DNA from: a virus
Direction: 5' to 3' (one strand)
Length of the DNA: 64,000 nt
Virus record (IMG/VR): IMGVR_UViG_3300042888_000160
Span: 14,392-78,391 of that record
The notes below the pieces were generated by a model. It saw only the letters and a list, made by a program, of their open reading frames with translations. It was not told the origin of the DNA and searched no databases. Positions 1-8,555 of the stretch are shown here, piece after piece (position 1 is the first letter of the stretch; each line of letters starts with the position of its first letter). The translations under genes were made by a program, and so were the position numbers.

Positions 1-50
1 TATTATTTATATCGTTAGCTTGCTTCTCTGTAATGATAACCACTGTATCA

Positions 51-407
51 TTACCTATTATTTTCTTTGTTGGATATTGTGCTATCGCTGATTGAGAAAA
101 TAACAAAAGGCTCACCACTAACATTGATAGTTTTTTGTAAGGTTTCATTTTCTTTAACTAAATCTTTAATTTCTTCCTTTAATGTTTCTATCTTATTGAT
201 TGTAACATCAACTTTCTTCTCTACTGCTTGATCAGCTTTTCTAGATGCAGCGTCAGCTTGTACACTAGTTTTTTGAGATTGGGCCATAATAGCTTCAAAA
301 TCTTCTTTTTGTATATTTCTAGGTTTGTCATTTATTGATGTGTTTGTTTCTGCAATAGTTGTAGAACAACCATATAAGAAAATTGAAAAAATAATTAAGA
401 GTCTCAT
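51..407 (-). CDS. Lipoprotein with coiled coil; candidate outer-membrane spanin
   Basis: Signal peptide with lipobox-like LYGC, heptad-rich C-terminal half, located in lysis cassette, 4-nt overlap with an upstream TM protein gene. Confidence 0.55.
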   Translation of the reverse strand: MRLLIIFSIFLYGCSTTIAETNTSINDKPRNIQKEDFEAIMAQSQKTSVQADAASRKADQAVEKKVDVTINKIETLKEEIKDLVKENETLQKTINVSGEPFVIFSISDSTISNKENNR

Positions 408-688
408 TTTATCTTCCCTAATTGTTGTAACACCATTATTTTACTAGCACTTGCTGAAAGTAGACTATCAGATTTACGTAACTGATTTGTACACGCATCC
501 ACCTTAACTTCCATCTTATCAATCTTCTCATTCTGACGAGAGATTTGATCAGTGAATGTATTACGTACATCAATATACAAGTATGATATTCCTATGAGAA
601 CAACAAATAAAGTACCCACTACAGGATTTTTAGAAAAATCTTTAAACGAAATAGGTAAAGGATTTGTGGATATTTTTCTAGCTGTCAT
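404..688 (-). CDS. Single-TM coiled-coil protein; candidate inner-membrane spanin or holin-like protein
   Basis: TM segment VVGTLFVVLIGISYLYI followed by coiled coil; overlaps lipoprotein gene. Confidence 0.5.
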   Translation of the reverse strand: MTARKISTNPLPISFKDFSKNPVVGTLFVVLIGISYLYIDVRNTFTDQISRQNEKIDKMEVKVDACTNQLRKSDSLLSASASKIMVLQQLGKIK

Positions 689-689
689 T

Positions 690-1091
690 TTATCTTCTAC
701 GATTTAATCTATCTTCTATAACTGATATTCTTGCTTTGATATCAGACCTTTCAACCATAGCATTTTCTTTAATGTTATTGATCCTATCATTTATCTCAAA
801 CTTTAGCTCAGCTCTTGATTGCATAGCAGCAGCTCTTAGTTCTTCTAGTTCAATAGTTGTTCCTTGTGGAGGTATGGCTTTGTTCTCAGCGTTGACAACA
901 ACAGCCATTTTATTTTCCAATACACTCACCTTTGAGTCAAGCTCATTGACTTGATTTAACAACCAGCCAATTGCAGATACACAGACAGGGAATAAGATAT
1001 ACACTAGCTTTTCAACTAAGTCTGACTTACCTCTATCTATTGCAATTATCTTTTCTAGCTCTGCTGTTTTCTCTTCTTGAGTATGCATCAC
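690..1091 (-). CDS. Single-TM coiled-coil membrane protein (lysis cassette)
   Basis: Hydrophobic LVYILFPVCVSAIGWLL then two coiled-coil stretches. Confidence 0.55.
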   Translation of the reverse strand: MMHTQEEKTAELEKIIAIDRGKSDLVEKLVYILFPVCVSAIGWLLNQVNELDSKVSVLENKMAVVVNAENKAIPPQGTTIELEELRAAAMQSRAELKFEINDRINNIKENAMVERSDIKARISVIEDRLNRRR

Positions 1092-1190
1092 TTACGATGT
1101 AAAATGTTTGTATATATATAGTAGCTGGACCATTAAAGATGCTGCAACTATTGTAGACACGATCCACAAAGTTATCTTAACTGTTTTCAT
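1092..1190 (-). CDS. 32-aa single-TM peptide (not in ORF track)
   Basis: Hand translation MKTVKITLWIVSTIVAASLMVQLLYIYKHFTS*; fills the gap between neighbours. Confidence 0.55.
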   Translation of the reverse strand: MKTVKITLWIVSTIVAASLMVQLLYIYKHFTS

Positions 1191-1201
1191 TAGTTGGTTA
1201 T

Positions 1202-1333
1202 TTATCTACCCTGACCCCTGTATTTCTTTTTACCAGGAGTAGCCTTAGGGCCAAATGTTTTCTGATGTTTGCCTTTGCGTCTTACGCCAAAGACTATCTT
1301 CTTTGATTCAGAAGATCCTTTTGCTTTTGCCAT
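1202..1333 (-). CDS. 43-aa basic protein ending KKKYRGQGR (not in ORF track)
   Basis: Hand translation MAKAKGSSESKKIVFGVRRKGKHQKTFGPKATPGKKKYRGQGR*; TAATG coupling to the endolysin stop; resembles small YRGQG-tailed proteins of aquatic phages. Confidence 0.7.
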   Translation of the reverse strand: MAKAKGSSESKKIVFGVRRKGKHQKTFGPKATPGKKKYRGQGR

Positions 1334-2160
1334 TATTTAAGAAGGTTATAGTATTCGTTGAAATGTTTAATACGATCTGGCAAACCAATAGTCCCACCAT
1401 TAACTCTTTTAGTTACTGCTGTTACTACTAGTGGTGTAGCACCTTGATCACAGATAGCCCACAGCTTATTACTGTTAAAGAAGAAAGCTGCTGATGCTAA
1501 AGGATACTTAGTTGCTACTAGTTCTGGATCAGCTACAATGTTCTCAGGAACAGTAGCATCAAATCTTGTATAGTTCTCTTTACCTGTTAACTGAATATAT
1601 CCTCTTCCTCTAAATTTATATCCATCTCCAGATCCTTCAGTCCCATTACCCATGCGATTAGCATAAACTCTGTTTGCAATTTTCTCAGGTTGTCTTTGAT
1701 AAGCTGTAGCAAGTGTTGCATTTGGAAAGTACTTTTTAAATATGCCCCTCAATCCTTTAGCAGAATAGTTAAGGTTCTCCCTAACTGCTGTCCACCCTCC
1801 AGACTCATGGCCACACTGTGATAAGAAGTGAGCAAGACGTAAGTTGTTTGTAATACCAAAACGTGCAGCTGTATCAGGTATCTGTGCAATCACTGCATCA
1901 GGTATATGTCCTTTTAATTTATCTAGTTTGAATCCTGAATTAGGAATAGAGATGGGTGCAGGAGCTGGAAGAGCTTCAATACCAAGCTTAGCTAATGTAA
2001 ATGGACCAGCTACACCATCAGCTGTCAGACCATTAGCTTCTTGCCATTCCATTAAAGCTGCCTCAGTCTTAGGTCCAAACTTACCAATAACATCTACACC
2101 AAGCTTCTCTTGAAGTTTAGATACTAATGGACCTTCATCTCCTCTACGTAATGTTGACAT
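1333..2160 (-). CDS. Endolysin: N-terminal peptidoglycan-binding domain plus GH19 catalytic domain
   Basis: LRRGDEG..V..LQ..L...GKFGPKTEAA..WQ...GL.ADGVAGP.T (PG-binding); AHFLSQCGHESGG, ENLNYS, GDGYKFRGRGYIQLTGKENY, VTKRVNGG (GH19). Confidence 0.92.
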   Translation of the reverse strand: MSTLRRGDEGPLVSKLQEKLGVDVIGKFGPKTEAALMEWQEANGLTADGVAGPFTLAKLGIEALPAPAPISIPNSGFKLDKLKGHIPDAVIAQIPDTAARFGITNNLRLAHFLSQCGHESGGWTAVRENLNYSAKGLRGIFKKYFPNATLATAYQRQPEKIANRVYANRMGNGTEGSGDGYKFRGRGYIQLTGKENYTRFDATVPENIVADPELVATKYPLASAAFFFNSNKLWAICDQGATPLVVTAVTKRVNGGTIGLPDRIKHFNEYYNLLK

Positions 2161-2264
2161 TATTTCTTTTTTCTAACAGGTTTCTTTTTAACAGCTTCTG
2201 CCTTACCTTCTAATGCAGGCTCAGGCTTCCAAATTAATGAACGTAAAAAGTTTAAGAACTTCAT
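2160..2264 (-). CDS. 34-aa basic amphipathic peptide (not in ORF track)
   Basis: Hand translation MKFLNFLRSLIWKPEPALEGKAEAVKKKPVRKKK*; stop overlaps the endolysin ATG. Confidence 0.55.
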   Translation of the reverse strand: MKFLNFLRSLIWKPEPALEGKAEAVKKKPVRKKK

Positions 2265-2265
2265 A

Positions 2266-2874
2266 TTATTTCAATTTAAAGTATGTAGAAAAACCAAATG
2301 TAGTTATACCATCTACTGTTGTAGCTGCTTTAACTCCATAGAGTTGATCTTTTTTAGTTTTATATAATAATCCTGCCTCAAAACTTCTGAGACCACCCCC
2401 AGCATTCCCATTAATACCACCACCAAGATAGAGTTGTCGCTTAGGCTCTGCATATTTTGTTATCGTTACTGTCTCTTTTACTACAGGGATTTTAAAATTA
2501 TCTTTAGTGGTGCGCTTACTAAGTTTGTTCTTTGACACTGTATCTATTATCTGTATGTGTCCAAACTTTCCTACGTTAACTGAGTCTACATACACACGCT
2601 TAGCAGCGTAATCTTTAGCTAACTCTTCGTATTGTTTCTTTAGTTTTGGATAGGATGTGTCAGCTTGGTATTCCTTAACTAACACTTCGTATGGTACAGC
2701 TATCTCTTTAGTTATCTTTACTCTCTTTACAATCAAACTGTCATGCTTTAACCAAGTGGTATCTCTTACGACTAATGTATCTGGACCCTTACTGTGTGTG
2801 GATCCTCTCCATTGGTATAGGGCTAGTGTTGCAAGAGCACCTATTATAATTAAAAATATTAGTTTATCCTTCAT
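2266..2874 (-). CDS. N-terminally anchored protein with C-terminal amphipathic beta strands; candidate spanin-like lysis protein
   Basis: N-terminal TM helix, DT-rich extended region, C-terminal strands LYLGGGING / FEAGLLYK / LYGVKA / FGFSTYFKLK. Confidence 0.5.
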   Translation of the reverse strand: MKDKLIFLIIIGALATLALYQWRGSTHSKGPDTLVVRDTTWLKHDSLIVKRVKITKEIAVPYEVLVKEYQADTSYPKLKKQYEELAKDYAAKRVYVDSVNVGKFGHIQIIDTVSKNKLSKRTTKDNFKIPVVKETVTITKYAEPKRQLYLGGGINGNAGGGLRSFEAGLLYKTKKDQLYGVKAATTVDGITTFGFSTYFKLK

Positions 2875-3166
2875 AGTCTTCTGGGAAATATTGTTCTTCT
2901 GGTTCTTGTTTCTTACTCTTCTTGCCCATGATGTTCTCTACACCAGAAATACCAAAACATCCAAGGGTTGTAATCACAAATGAATTAAATACGTAATCAT
3001 TTAATAATAACTCTTTGCCAAAGAAACCTGTAAATAAATCTATGGCAACAACTATCACCATAATGAAAAATGAGATAGCCCCAATAATGGCTTTCTCATT
3101 CCAGTCGTTAGTATCTTTGAATATAGTCCAAATAGAATCTTTGGGTTCTTCAATTATGTGTTTCAT
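2864..3166 (-). CDS. Holin-like protein, two TM helices
   Basis: Two hydrophobic segments, charged C-terminus, upstream of endolysin. Confidence 0.6.
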   Translation of the reverse strand: MKHIIEEPKDSIWTIFKDTNDWNEKAIIGAISFFIMVIVVAIDLFTGFFGKELLLNDYVFNSFVITTLGCFGISGVENIMGKKSKKQEPEEQYFPEDYEG

Positions 3167-3446
3167 ATTCTCTAGGGGTTAGGTCATTGTCTCTCAACAC
3201 TGCCACCATCTCTGATCTAAGAGTTCCTTTAGAATGTTCACTTGGAGGGAATGGTGATCTATATGTTGTTGCTTTGTAGAACTGACGTTCTATATTCTCA
3301 ATTTTAATTGTATTACTTACTGTACGATCATTTAAACTATGTAGCTGCGTCTTTATATCCTTGATGTCATACCACATCATTCCTACCACTAATGTTGCTA
3401 GTCCTTTGACTAGATAATCTTTAAATGCATCTGGTTGAACAGCCAT
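3150..3446 (-). CDS. Single-TM holin/antiholin-like protein
   Basis: TM YLVKGLATLVVGMMWY plus short coiled coil; first gene of lysis cassette. Confidence 0.5.
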   Translation of the reverse strand: MAVQPDAFKDYLVKGLATLVVGMMWYDIKDIKTQLHSLNDRTVSNTIKIENIERQFYKATTYRSPFPPSEHSKGTLRSEMVAVLRDNDLTPREYETHN

Positions 3447-3456
3447 AGTAGTACAG

Positions 3457-3499
3457 AAAAAACAATAGCGTCCCTACCCAAATAGGGCTGAGACGCTAT
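3457..3499 (-). terminator. Hairpin plus T-tract directly upstream of the lysis cassette
   Basis: Inverted repeat atagcgtc (3465-3472) / gacgctat (3492-3499) with inner ccta/tagg pairing, followed on the - strand by TGTTTTTT. Confidence 0.55.
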
Positions 3500-3604
3500 G
3501 TAGTTTGACAAAAAAATTGAGGAAGTGTAAAAACGCTTTTAGGAAATCAAAAGTCTTGGAACAAATATCTGTAATTCCTATGAATTATGCAAATAAATTT
3601 TCAA

Positions 3605-3973
3605 TTAATATGGTTTGTATGATTTTTCTTCTACAATCTCTGATCCATACTTAATGTTTATTTCTTTTTTGAGGGCTGCCCTCTTGTCATTTGTGAAGTA
3701 AACATCACGTGCTAGCTTGATAAATTCCTCATCAAATTCACCTAGACGCTCCTTCTCTCTGATGTTATCTTCTATATACCAAAGAACTAAATTTGTTCCA
3801 CATAACTCTGTGTAAAGTTTATCAATAAGGATCTCTGCAGGGAAGCTGTCTATCAATGAGCTCAGTTCTTTTTGAACATGCCCTAGTTTAACTGGATCTG
3901 TTATCTTTTCATTCTTAATAACCAGGATGCTGATCTTATCAGCCACTTCTCCTGTACTAACATCTATTAACAT
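3605..3973 (-). CDS. DUF6165-like helical protein
   Basis: VSTGEVADKISILVIK...LWYIEDNIREKE...FDEEFIKLARDVYFTNDKRAALKKEIN..YGSEIVEEKSY; pattern recognised from small proteins that often neighbour GT9 glycosyltransferases. Confidence 0.75.
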   Translation of the reverse strand: MLIDVSTGEVADKISILVIKNEKITDPVKLGHVQKELSSLIDSFPAEILIDKLYTELCGTNLVLWYIEDNIREKERLGEFDEEFIKLARDVYFTNDKRAALKKEINIKYGSEIVEEKSYKPY

Positions 3974-3978
3974 AGCTA

Positions 3979-4009
3979 TTGTATTTTTGTGTAAATATAT
4001 CTAACTTTG
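3979..4009 (+). promoter_or_regulatory. Bacteroidota sigma70-type promoter for the glycosyltransferase operon
   Basis: TTG (3979-3981) - 20 nt - TAACTTTG (4002-4009), 16 nt before ATG 4026; fits the TTG..TAnnTTTG consensus. Confidence 0.7.
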
Positions 4010-4025
4010 GACAAACCAACAAATA

Positions 4026-4976
4026 ATGAAACAAGTTTGCTTAAATCTTAGCGAATGTCCTGCTTTGGGTGATCTTATATGTGCTACGCCTACTATAAGA
4101 AAACTATCTAGAGCCTATGAACAGAATATAACTGTGGTGAGTCCTGTACCAGAACTGTTCAAAAAGAATCCATACGTACAAGCTAGTTACAAATCCACAT
4201 CAATCGATTGGGATTACTTCAACGAACACTTTATCATGCATAACTCCTTTACCAATGTAGGTAAGAAGAATGAAAAAGGTGTAGAGATGAAGCATAACAC
4301 TATGGATATACGTCAGTATCATGCTGTACAATTAGGGTTCATGTTAGATAGCACTGAACTATATTGTGAATATTCTCCTATAGAAACAAATAGATTTGAT
4401 ATACACCAAAAGTATATACTTATACATCCTGTAAGTACGTGGCCTAATAGAACATGGCCTGCTGAGAAATGGATGGAACTTGTCAAACATCTTAATGATG
4501 CAGGTTTTTATGTCATCAGTATAGGTAAGGACAGCTCAGAGACTGGTTTCTTTAATGTTGACAAACCTGTATTTAATTTTGAAATACCTCATGGTATGAA
4601 TCTAATGAATCAAACTAGTATATCAGATTGTTATCACCTTATACATAATGCATCATGTTTTATAACTATGGACAGTGGGTTACTACATCTCGCTGGCACT
4701 ACAAATACTCCCATTATACACTTGGGTTCGTCACTCAATCCTAACTACAGAGCTCCATACAGAACAGTGCATGGTCAGTACCATAGATATAAATATGTTG
4801 CTGGTACATGTGCACTTCAATGTTGTTCTGATATGAAGTATGGAGTGAAAGAGTGGGGATCTGTACAAGGTGTACAACCTTTGATAGGTTGCCTTGAGAA
4901 CAAAGATAAGTTTTATTGTCATCCAGAAGTAGATCAAGTTTATGAAGAAGCTATTAATTATATCTCCTCACTTTAG
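4026..4976 (+). CDS. GT9-family (heptosyltransferase-like) glycosyltransferase
   Basis: ALGDLICATP, ILIHP..WPNRTWP..W, FITMDSGLLHLAG, Cys-rich C-terminus. Confidence 0.85.
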   Translation: MKQVCLNLSECPALGDLICATPTIRKLSRAYEQNITVVSPVPELFKKNPYVQASYKSTSIDWDYFNEHFIMHNSFTNVGKKNEKGVEMKHNTMDIRQYHAVQLGFMLDSTELYCEYSPIETNRFDIHQKYILIHPVSTWPNRTWPAEKWMELVKHLNDAGFYVISIGKDSSETGFFNVDKPVFNFEIPHGMNLMNQTSISDCYHLIHNASCFITMDSGLLHLAGTTNTPIIHLGSSLNPNYRAPYRTVHGQYHRYKYVAGTCALQCCSDMKYGVKEWGSVQGVQPLIGCLENKDKFYCHPEVDQVYEEAINYISSL

Positions 4977-7563
4977 TACAGGAGGAGCACCACAAGTAAC
5001 ACTTAACAAAGTAGAATTACTTAAAGACCACTATGAAATCATGGTGGTAGAACATACACTTCTTGCATGGAATTATGTAGTACAACGCAATAAGATTATT
5101 AATATTGTTGGAAAAAACTTTGTATCTCTAGGAGAGAACAAGATGGAGCTTCTAGATATTATTGATGTGTTTAATCCAGATGTCATCTCTATGGAAGAGT
5201 TTCCTGAGATGTTCTTAGAACATGATATAGCTAGGGAAGTGTACAGTGAGGATAGAACATATCGCATTGTAGAGACTACACATGATAGTTCATTTCCTCC
5301 TCATGAGAAAGAATGGATGCCTGATGAGTTTGTATTTGTTAGTGCACATAACATGTTTAGATATAATCATCTAAATGTACCTATGCAAGTGATTGAATAT
5401 CCTGTAAATCAAAGAGTGTGGGAAGGAACAAATGATAATACCTGTAAGTACATTGCTATTGTAGGACTATGGACACCACGCAAGAACCAGGCTTATGCTA
5501 TTGAATTAGCTAGACAACTAGAAGACTATAACGTAGATTTTCAATTTATAGGCAACCAAGCTAGTAACTTTGAAAACTACTGGAAACCATTAATAAAGGA
5601 TTTACCATCTAACTGTACAGTGCTAGGAGAGCTAGATAATGTTAGTAGGGTGTTAAGAAACTATGACATGTTCTTGTTCCCATCTAAAGGGGATAAAAAC
5701 AATAAGGAGCTCAACCCTATTGCCATCAAAGAAGCATTAGAATATAAAGAAATGCCCAAGATGATGTATAACCTAGATGTATATCATAATAAGTATAATG
5801 ATTATGAAGATGTAGTTTATTTAACTGGCGATAGTTATACTGACAGTATGAATATTGTAAAAATATTAAACCTACAAAGAAAGAACAAAGAACTAATTGT
5901 TATTGGTACATATCCTAATACTAAGATTAGAGAAGATCTAACTATTGATTGTATCAAGAGTGCTAAGAAGTTAAACAGACCAATCATGTTGGTAAGTCAT
6001 TACCCTGTATCATTAGCAATACAAGAGATGGTGGATCACTATGTATATGATAAACATAACCCTCTTACACATCATAGTTATTACAATCGATTCTCTCGTA
6101 GTACAGATGAGTATAGTGTAGAGATGAGGATAGAAGGTGATAGTAATCAATCACTCACTGTTCTAACTAACTTAGTTAATGCAAGTAAGTCTGCTGTAGG
6201 TCTTGGATATACAAAAATGTTCTATGTAACATTTGATATAGAGCTTGATGAAAATGATTTTGATGAGATTAATAGTAGATTCCACCAACTAGATGACGAG
6301 TGGCAAGCTGTCTTAGCTACATTAAATACACCATTTGGTAAAGGTATACAGACCAATGGTATGTTCTTCAATACTAAGTTTGTTACTACACTTTTAGATG
6401 ATGTACGTACACCAGAAGACTATAACAGAGTGTGTGAGAATCTAGGATGTCAGAACTTTCTAGAAGACTACATGATGAAGAAGGTCCATAAGACTAGAGG
6501 TATATGGTTAGAGTATCCTGAAGAGGAAACATTCTTACTATATAGTGGACATGGTAAGTCTTCTAACAGTGAGTATGTTGGTATTGTTAAGTATGAGAAG
6601 TGGAACATTAACTACTTCTATTTCTATTCTTACAATGATGACATACCTTACTATAATATTAATCAGTATGACAGACAAGGTAAATTGTTAAGTGTAATTG
6701 ATTTTGTAGATAAAGAAACGTATACAGCATTACTAGACGATGTTTACATAGTAGAACTAGAGTTAATGGAAGATGGTAGTAAGAGAAAGTTCTTTGTAGA
6801 TAAACCAATAGGAAGTATAGATATAAAGAAAATACAGGCCACTAAAATAGATAGACCAAAGATTAAATTAGTACACATTCAAACTACATTAGATGATGAA
6901 CGAGAACGATTATCTAGAGCTTCGCTGGAACAAGTCAAAGCTTATGGATGGGAGTACATCCTCCACCAGAATATCCCTTATGCCAGCCTCCCACCCATCC
7001 ATAACTGTAACAGACCACAAGCAGTCTCAATGGAGTTATTCGATGAAGCTACAGTCAGAGAAAGAAGCACAGCTCTTACGCCAGCACACTATGGTTGCTA
7101 TGAAGCCTTCAAGAATGCAATCCTAAGTGAATTCCATAACTGTGACTATCTCATTGTGTGTGAAGGTGATTGTTTAATAGAAGGAGATGTTGGAAATTTT
7201 ATTCATAAAGTGGAAAAATGTGCGTTAATGCTGGAAAAAAACAACATAGGCTTCATGTCTTTTGGAGACAAAGATACATTAGAGTTTGCTTGGCCACAGA
7301 GTCCTGTAGTTAAGGAAGTGAATGAAGACATGTATGTTACAGATCATCTAATAGGTTTACAGTGTATAATGTTCCCTATATATGTCAGTAACTTTTTAAA
7401 GGAAAAACTGCGTTTAAACAACTGGGACGCAGCTGACATGTATTTTAACCAAATATTTTATTCAAGTTCTTATAACATGGGTATTGTACACAAGCGTTTG
7501 ACAACCCAGGCTGATGGTTACTCATTGATTGACAAACAATATAAGGAATTTATAAAGAAATGA
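4942..7563 (+). CDS. Multidomain glycosyltransferase: GT4-like N-domain, unknown middle domain, GT25/GT-A-like C-domain
   Basis: STGGAPQ, VGLWTPRKNQ, DMFLFPS...ELNPIAIKEAL (GT-B); C-terminal GCYEAF...YLIVCEGDC...AADMYF. Confidence 0.8.
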   Translation: MKKLLIISPHFSTGGAPQVTLNKVELLKDHYEIMVVEHTLLAWNYVVQRNKIINIVGKNFVSLGENKMELLDIIDVFNPDVISMEEFPEMFLEHDIAREVYSEDRTYRIVETTHDSSFPPHEKEWMPDEFVFVSAHNMFRYNHLNVPMQVIEYPVNQRVWEGTNDNTCKYIAIVGLWTPRKNQAYAIELARQLEDYNVDFQFIGNQASNFENYWKPLIKDLPSNCTVLGELDNVSRVLRNYDMFLFPSKGDKNNKELNPIAIKEALEYKEMPKMMYNLDVYHNKYNDYEDVVYLTGDSYTDSMNIVKILNLQRKNKELIVIGTYPNTKIREDLTIDCIKSAKKLNRPIMLVSHYPVSLAIQEMVDHYVYDKHNPLTHHSYYNRFSRSTDEYSVEMRIEGDSNQSLTVLTNLVNASKSAVGLGYTKMFYVTFDIELDENDFDEINSRFHQLDDEWQAVLATLNTPFGKGIQTNGMFFNTKFVTTLLDDVRTPEDYNRVCENLGCQNFLEDYMMKKVHKTRGIWLEYPEEETFLLYSGHGKSSNSEYVGIVKYEKWNINYFYFYSYNDDIPYYNINQYDRQGKLLSVIDFVDKETYTALLDDVYIVELELMEDGSKRKFFVDKPIGSIDIKKIQATKIDRPKIKLVHIQTTLDDERERLSRASLEQVKAYGWEYILHQNIPYASLPPIHNCNRPQAVSMELFDEATVRERSTALTPAHYGCYEAFKNAILSEFHNCDYLIVCEGDCLIEGDVGNFIHKVEKCALMLEKNNIGFMSFGDKDTLEFAWPQSPVVKEVNEDMYVTDHLIGLQCIMFPIYVSNFLKEKLRLNNWDAADMYFNQIFYSSSYNMGIVHKRLTTQADGYSLIDKQYKEFIKK

Positions 7564-8555
7564 AACCAGTAGTTATTATAGATACATTCCCTAGTAGTAG
7601 AGAAGCCTATTTGATTCTTAATGATTCTATAGATTCATTTAAGTCTATGGGCTATGATGTTATGTTGGTTAGTCACATGTACATCGAACAGACTACAGCT
7701 AAGAAGTGTAAGTATGTTATATACGATGATAACAATAAGTTCCTATCTAGAAAACATTGTCCTTTGTTTTATAACATATTCTCAAACATTTATTTTGAGG
7801 TGGCATATGGTGGACATGCTCTTCCTATATGTAGGAATATAAAATCATCTGTAGCCTTAGCTAAAGCTTTTGGATACAAGCATTTTATATTTACAGAGTC
7901 TGATGTAATCATAAAGGGTAAAGACTGTGAACTGTTTGAGTCTTATGTTTACCAGATGGTTAACCAGGATAAGTCGATGCTGTTCTTTAAACCAAAAGAC
8001 TTTAAGTCACCATCAGGAGAAGATGTGTATGAAACATTATTGTTTGCAGGAAACATAGACTACTTCCAAAAGACATTCAAGGTTCCTACAAACGAAGAAG
8101 AGTGGATAAAGGTACCAATGCAATTAACATTGGAGCAATCTTTCTTTGGGGTATTCAATCGTGATGAGAAGAAGTTTCTAATAGTTCCTGATCATAGCTC
8201 TAAGATATTCACAGAGAGTGACATCAACTTGATGAGAATAGGTTTATTCAACTGTGAGATGGTGTATAACGAGGTTACACCTAGTAAGCCAGTGTTAGTT
8301 ATCATGAACTATCTGTTAGAAGCTAATGATAAGTTTATAGATATATATGTGAATGGCAAACTGTCATCCTCTCAGAAGTTAATACGTAGTCAGTTCTGGT
8401 TCTATGACTTTGAAATTAATAACTCAGTAATACAGATAAATGTATACAACGATGAAAGTAAAAGATCATTATATTTATCAAAGAAATTTTTAATGAATGA
8501 TGAGCTGTTAAGTAAAGTAAATGATATTGGAACATTTAAATACATAAACGAATGA
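7560..8555 (+). CDS. Hypothetical protein paralogous to the middle domain of the 873-aa glycosyltransferase
   Basis: VVIIDTFPS...DVMLVSHM...YVIYDDNN...AKAFGYKHFIFTESD...LEQ aligns by eye with LIVIGTYPN...PIMLVSHY...HYVYDKHN...AVGLGYTKMFYVTFD...LED. Confidence 0.65.
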   Translation: MKPVVIIDTFPSSREAYLILNDSIDSFKSMGYDVMLVSHMYIEQTTAKKCKYVIYDDNNKFLSRKHCPLFYNIFSNIYFEVAYGGHALPICRNIKSSVALAKAFGYKHFIFTESDVIIKGKDCELFESYVYQMVNQDKSMLFFKPKDFKSPSGEDVYETLLFAGNIDYFQKTFKVPTNEEEWIKVPMQLTLEQSFFGVFNRDEKKFLIVPDHSSKIFTESDINLMRIGLFNCEMVYNEVTPSKPVLVIMNYLLEANDKFIDIYVNGKLSSSQKLIRSQFWFYDFEINNSVIQINVYNDESKRSLYLSKKFLMNDELLSKVNDIGTFKYINE

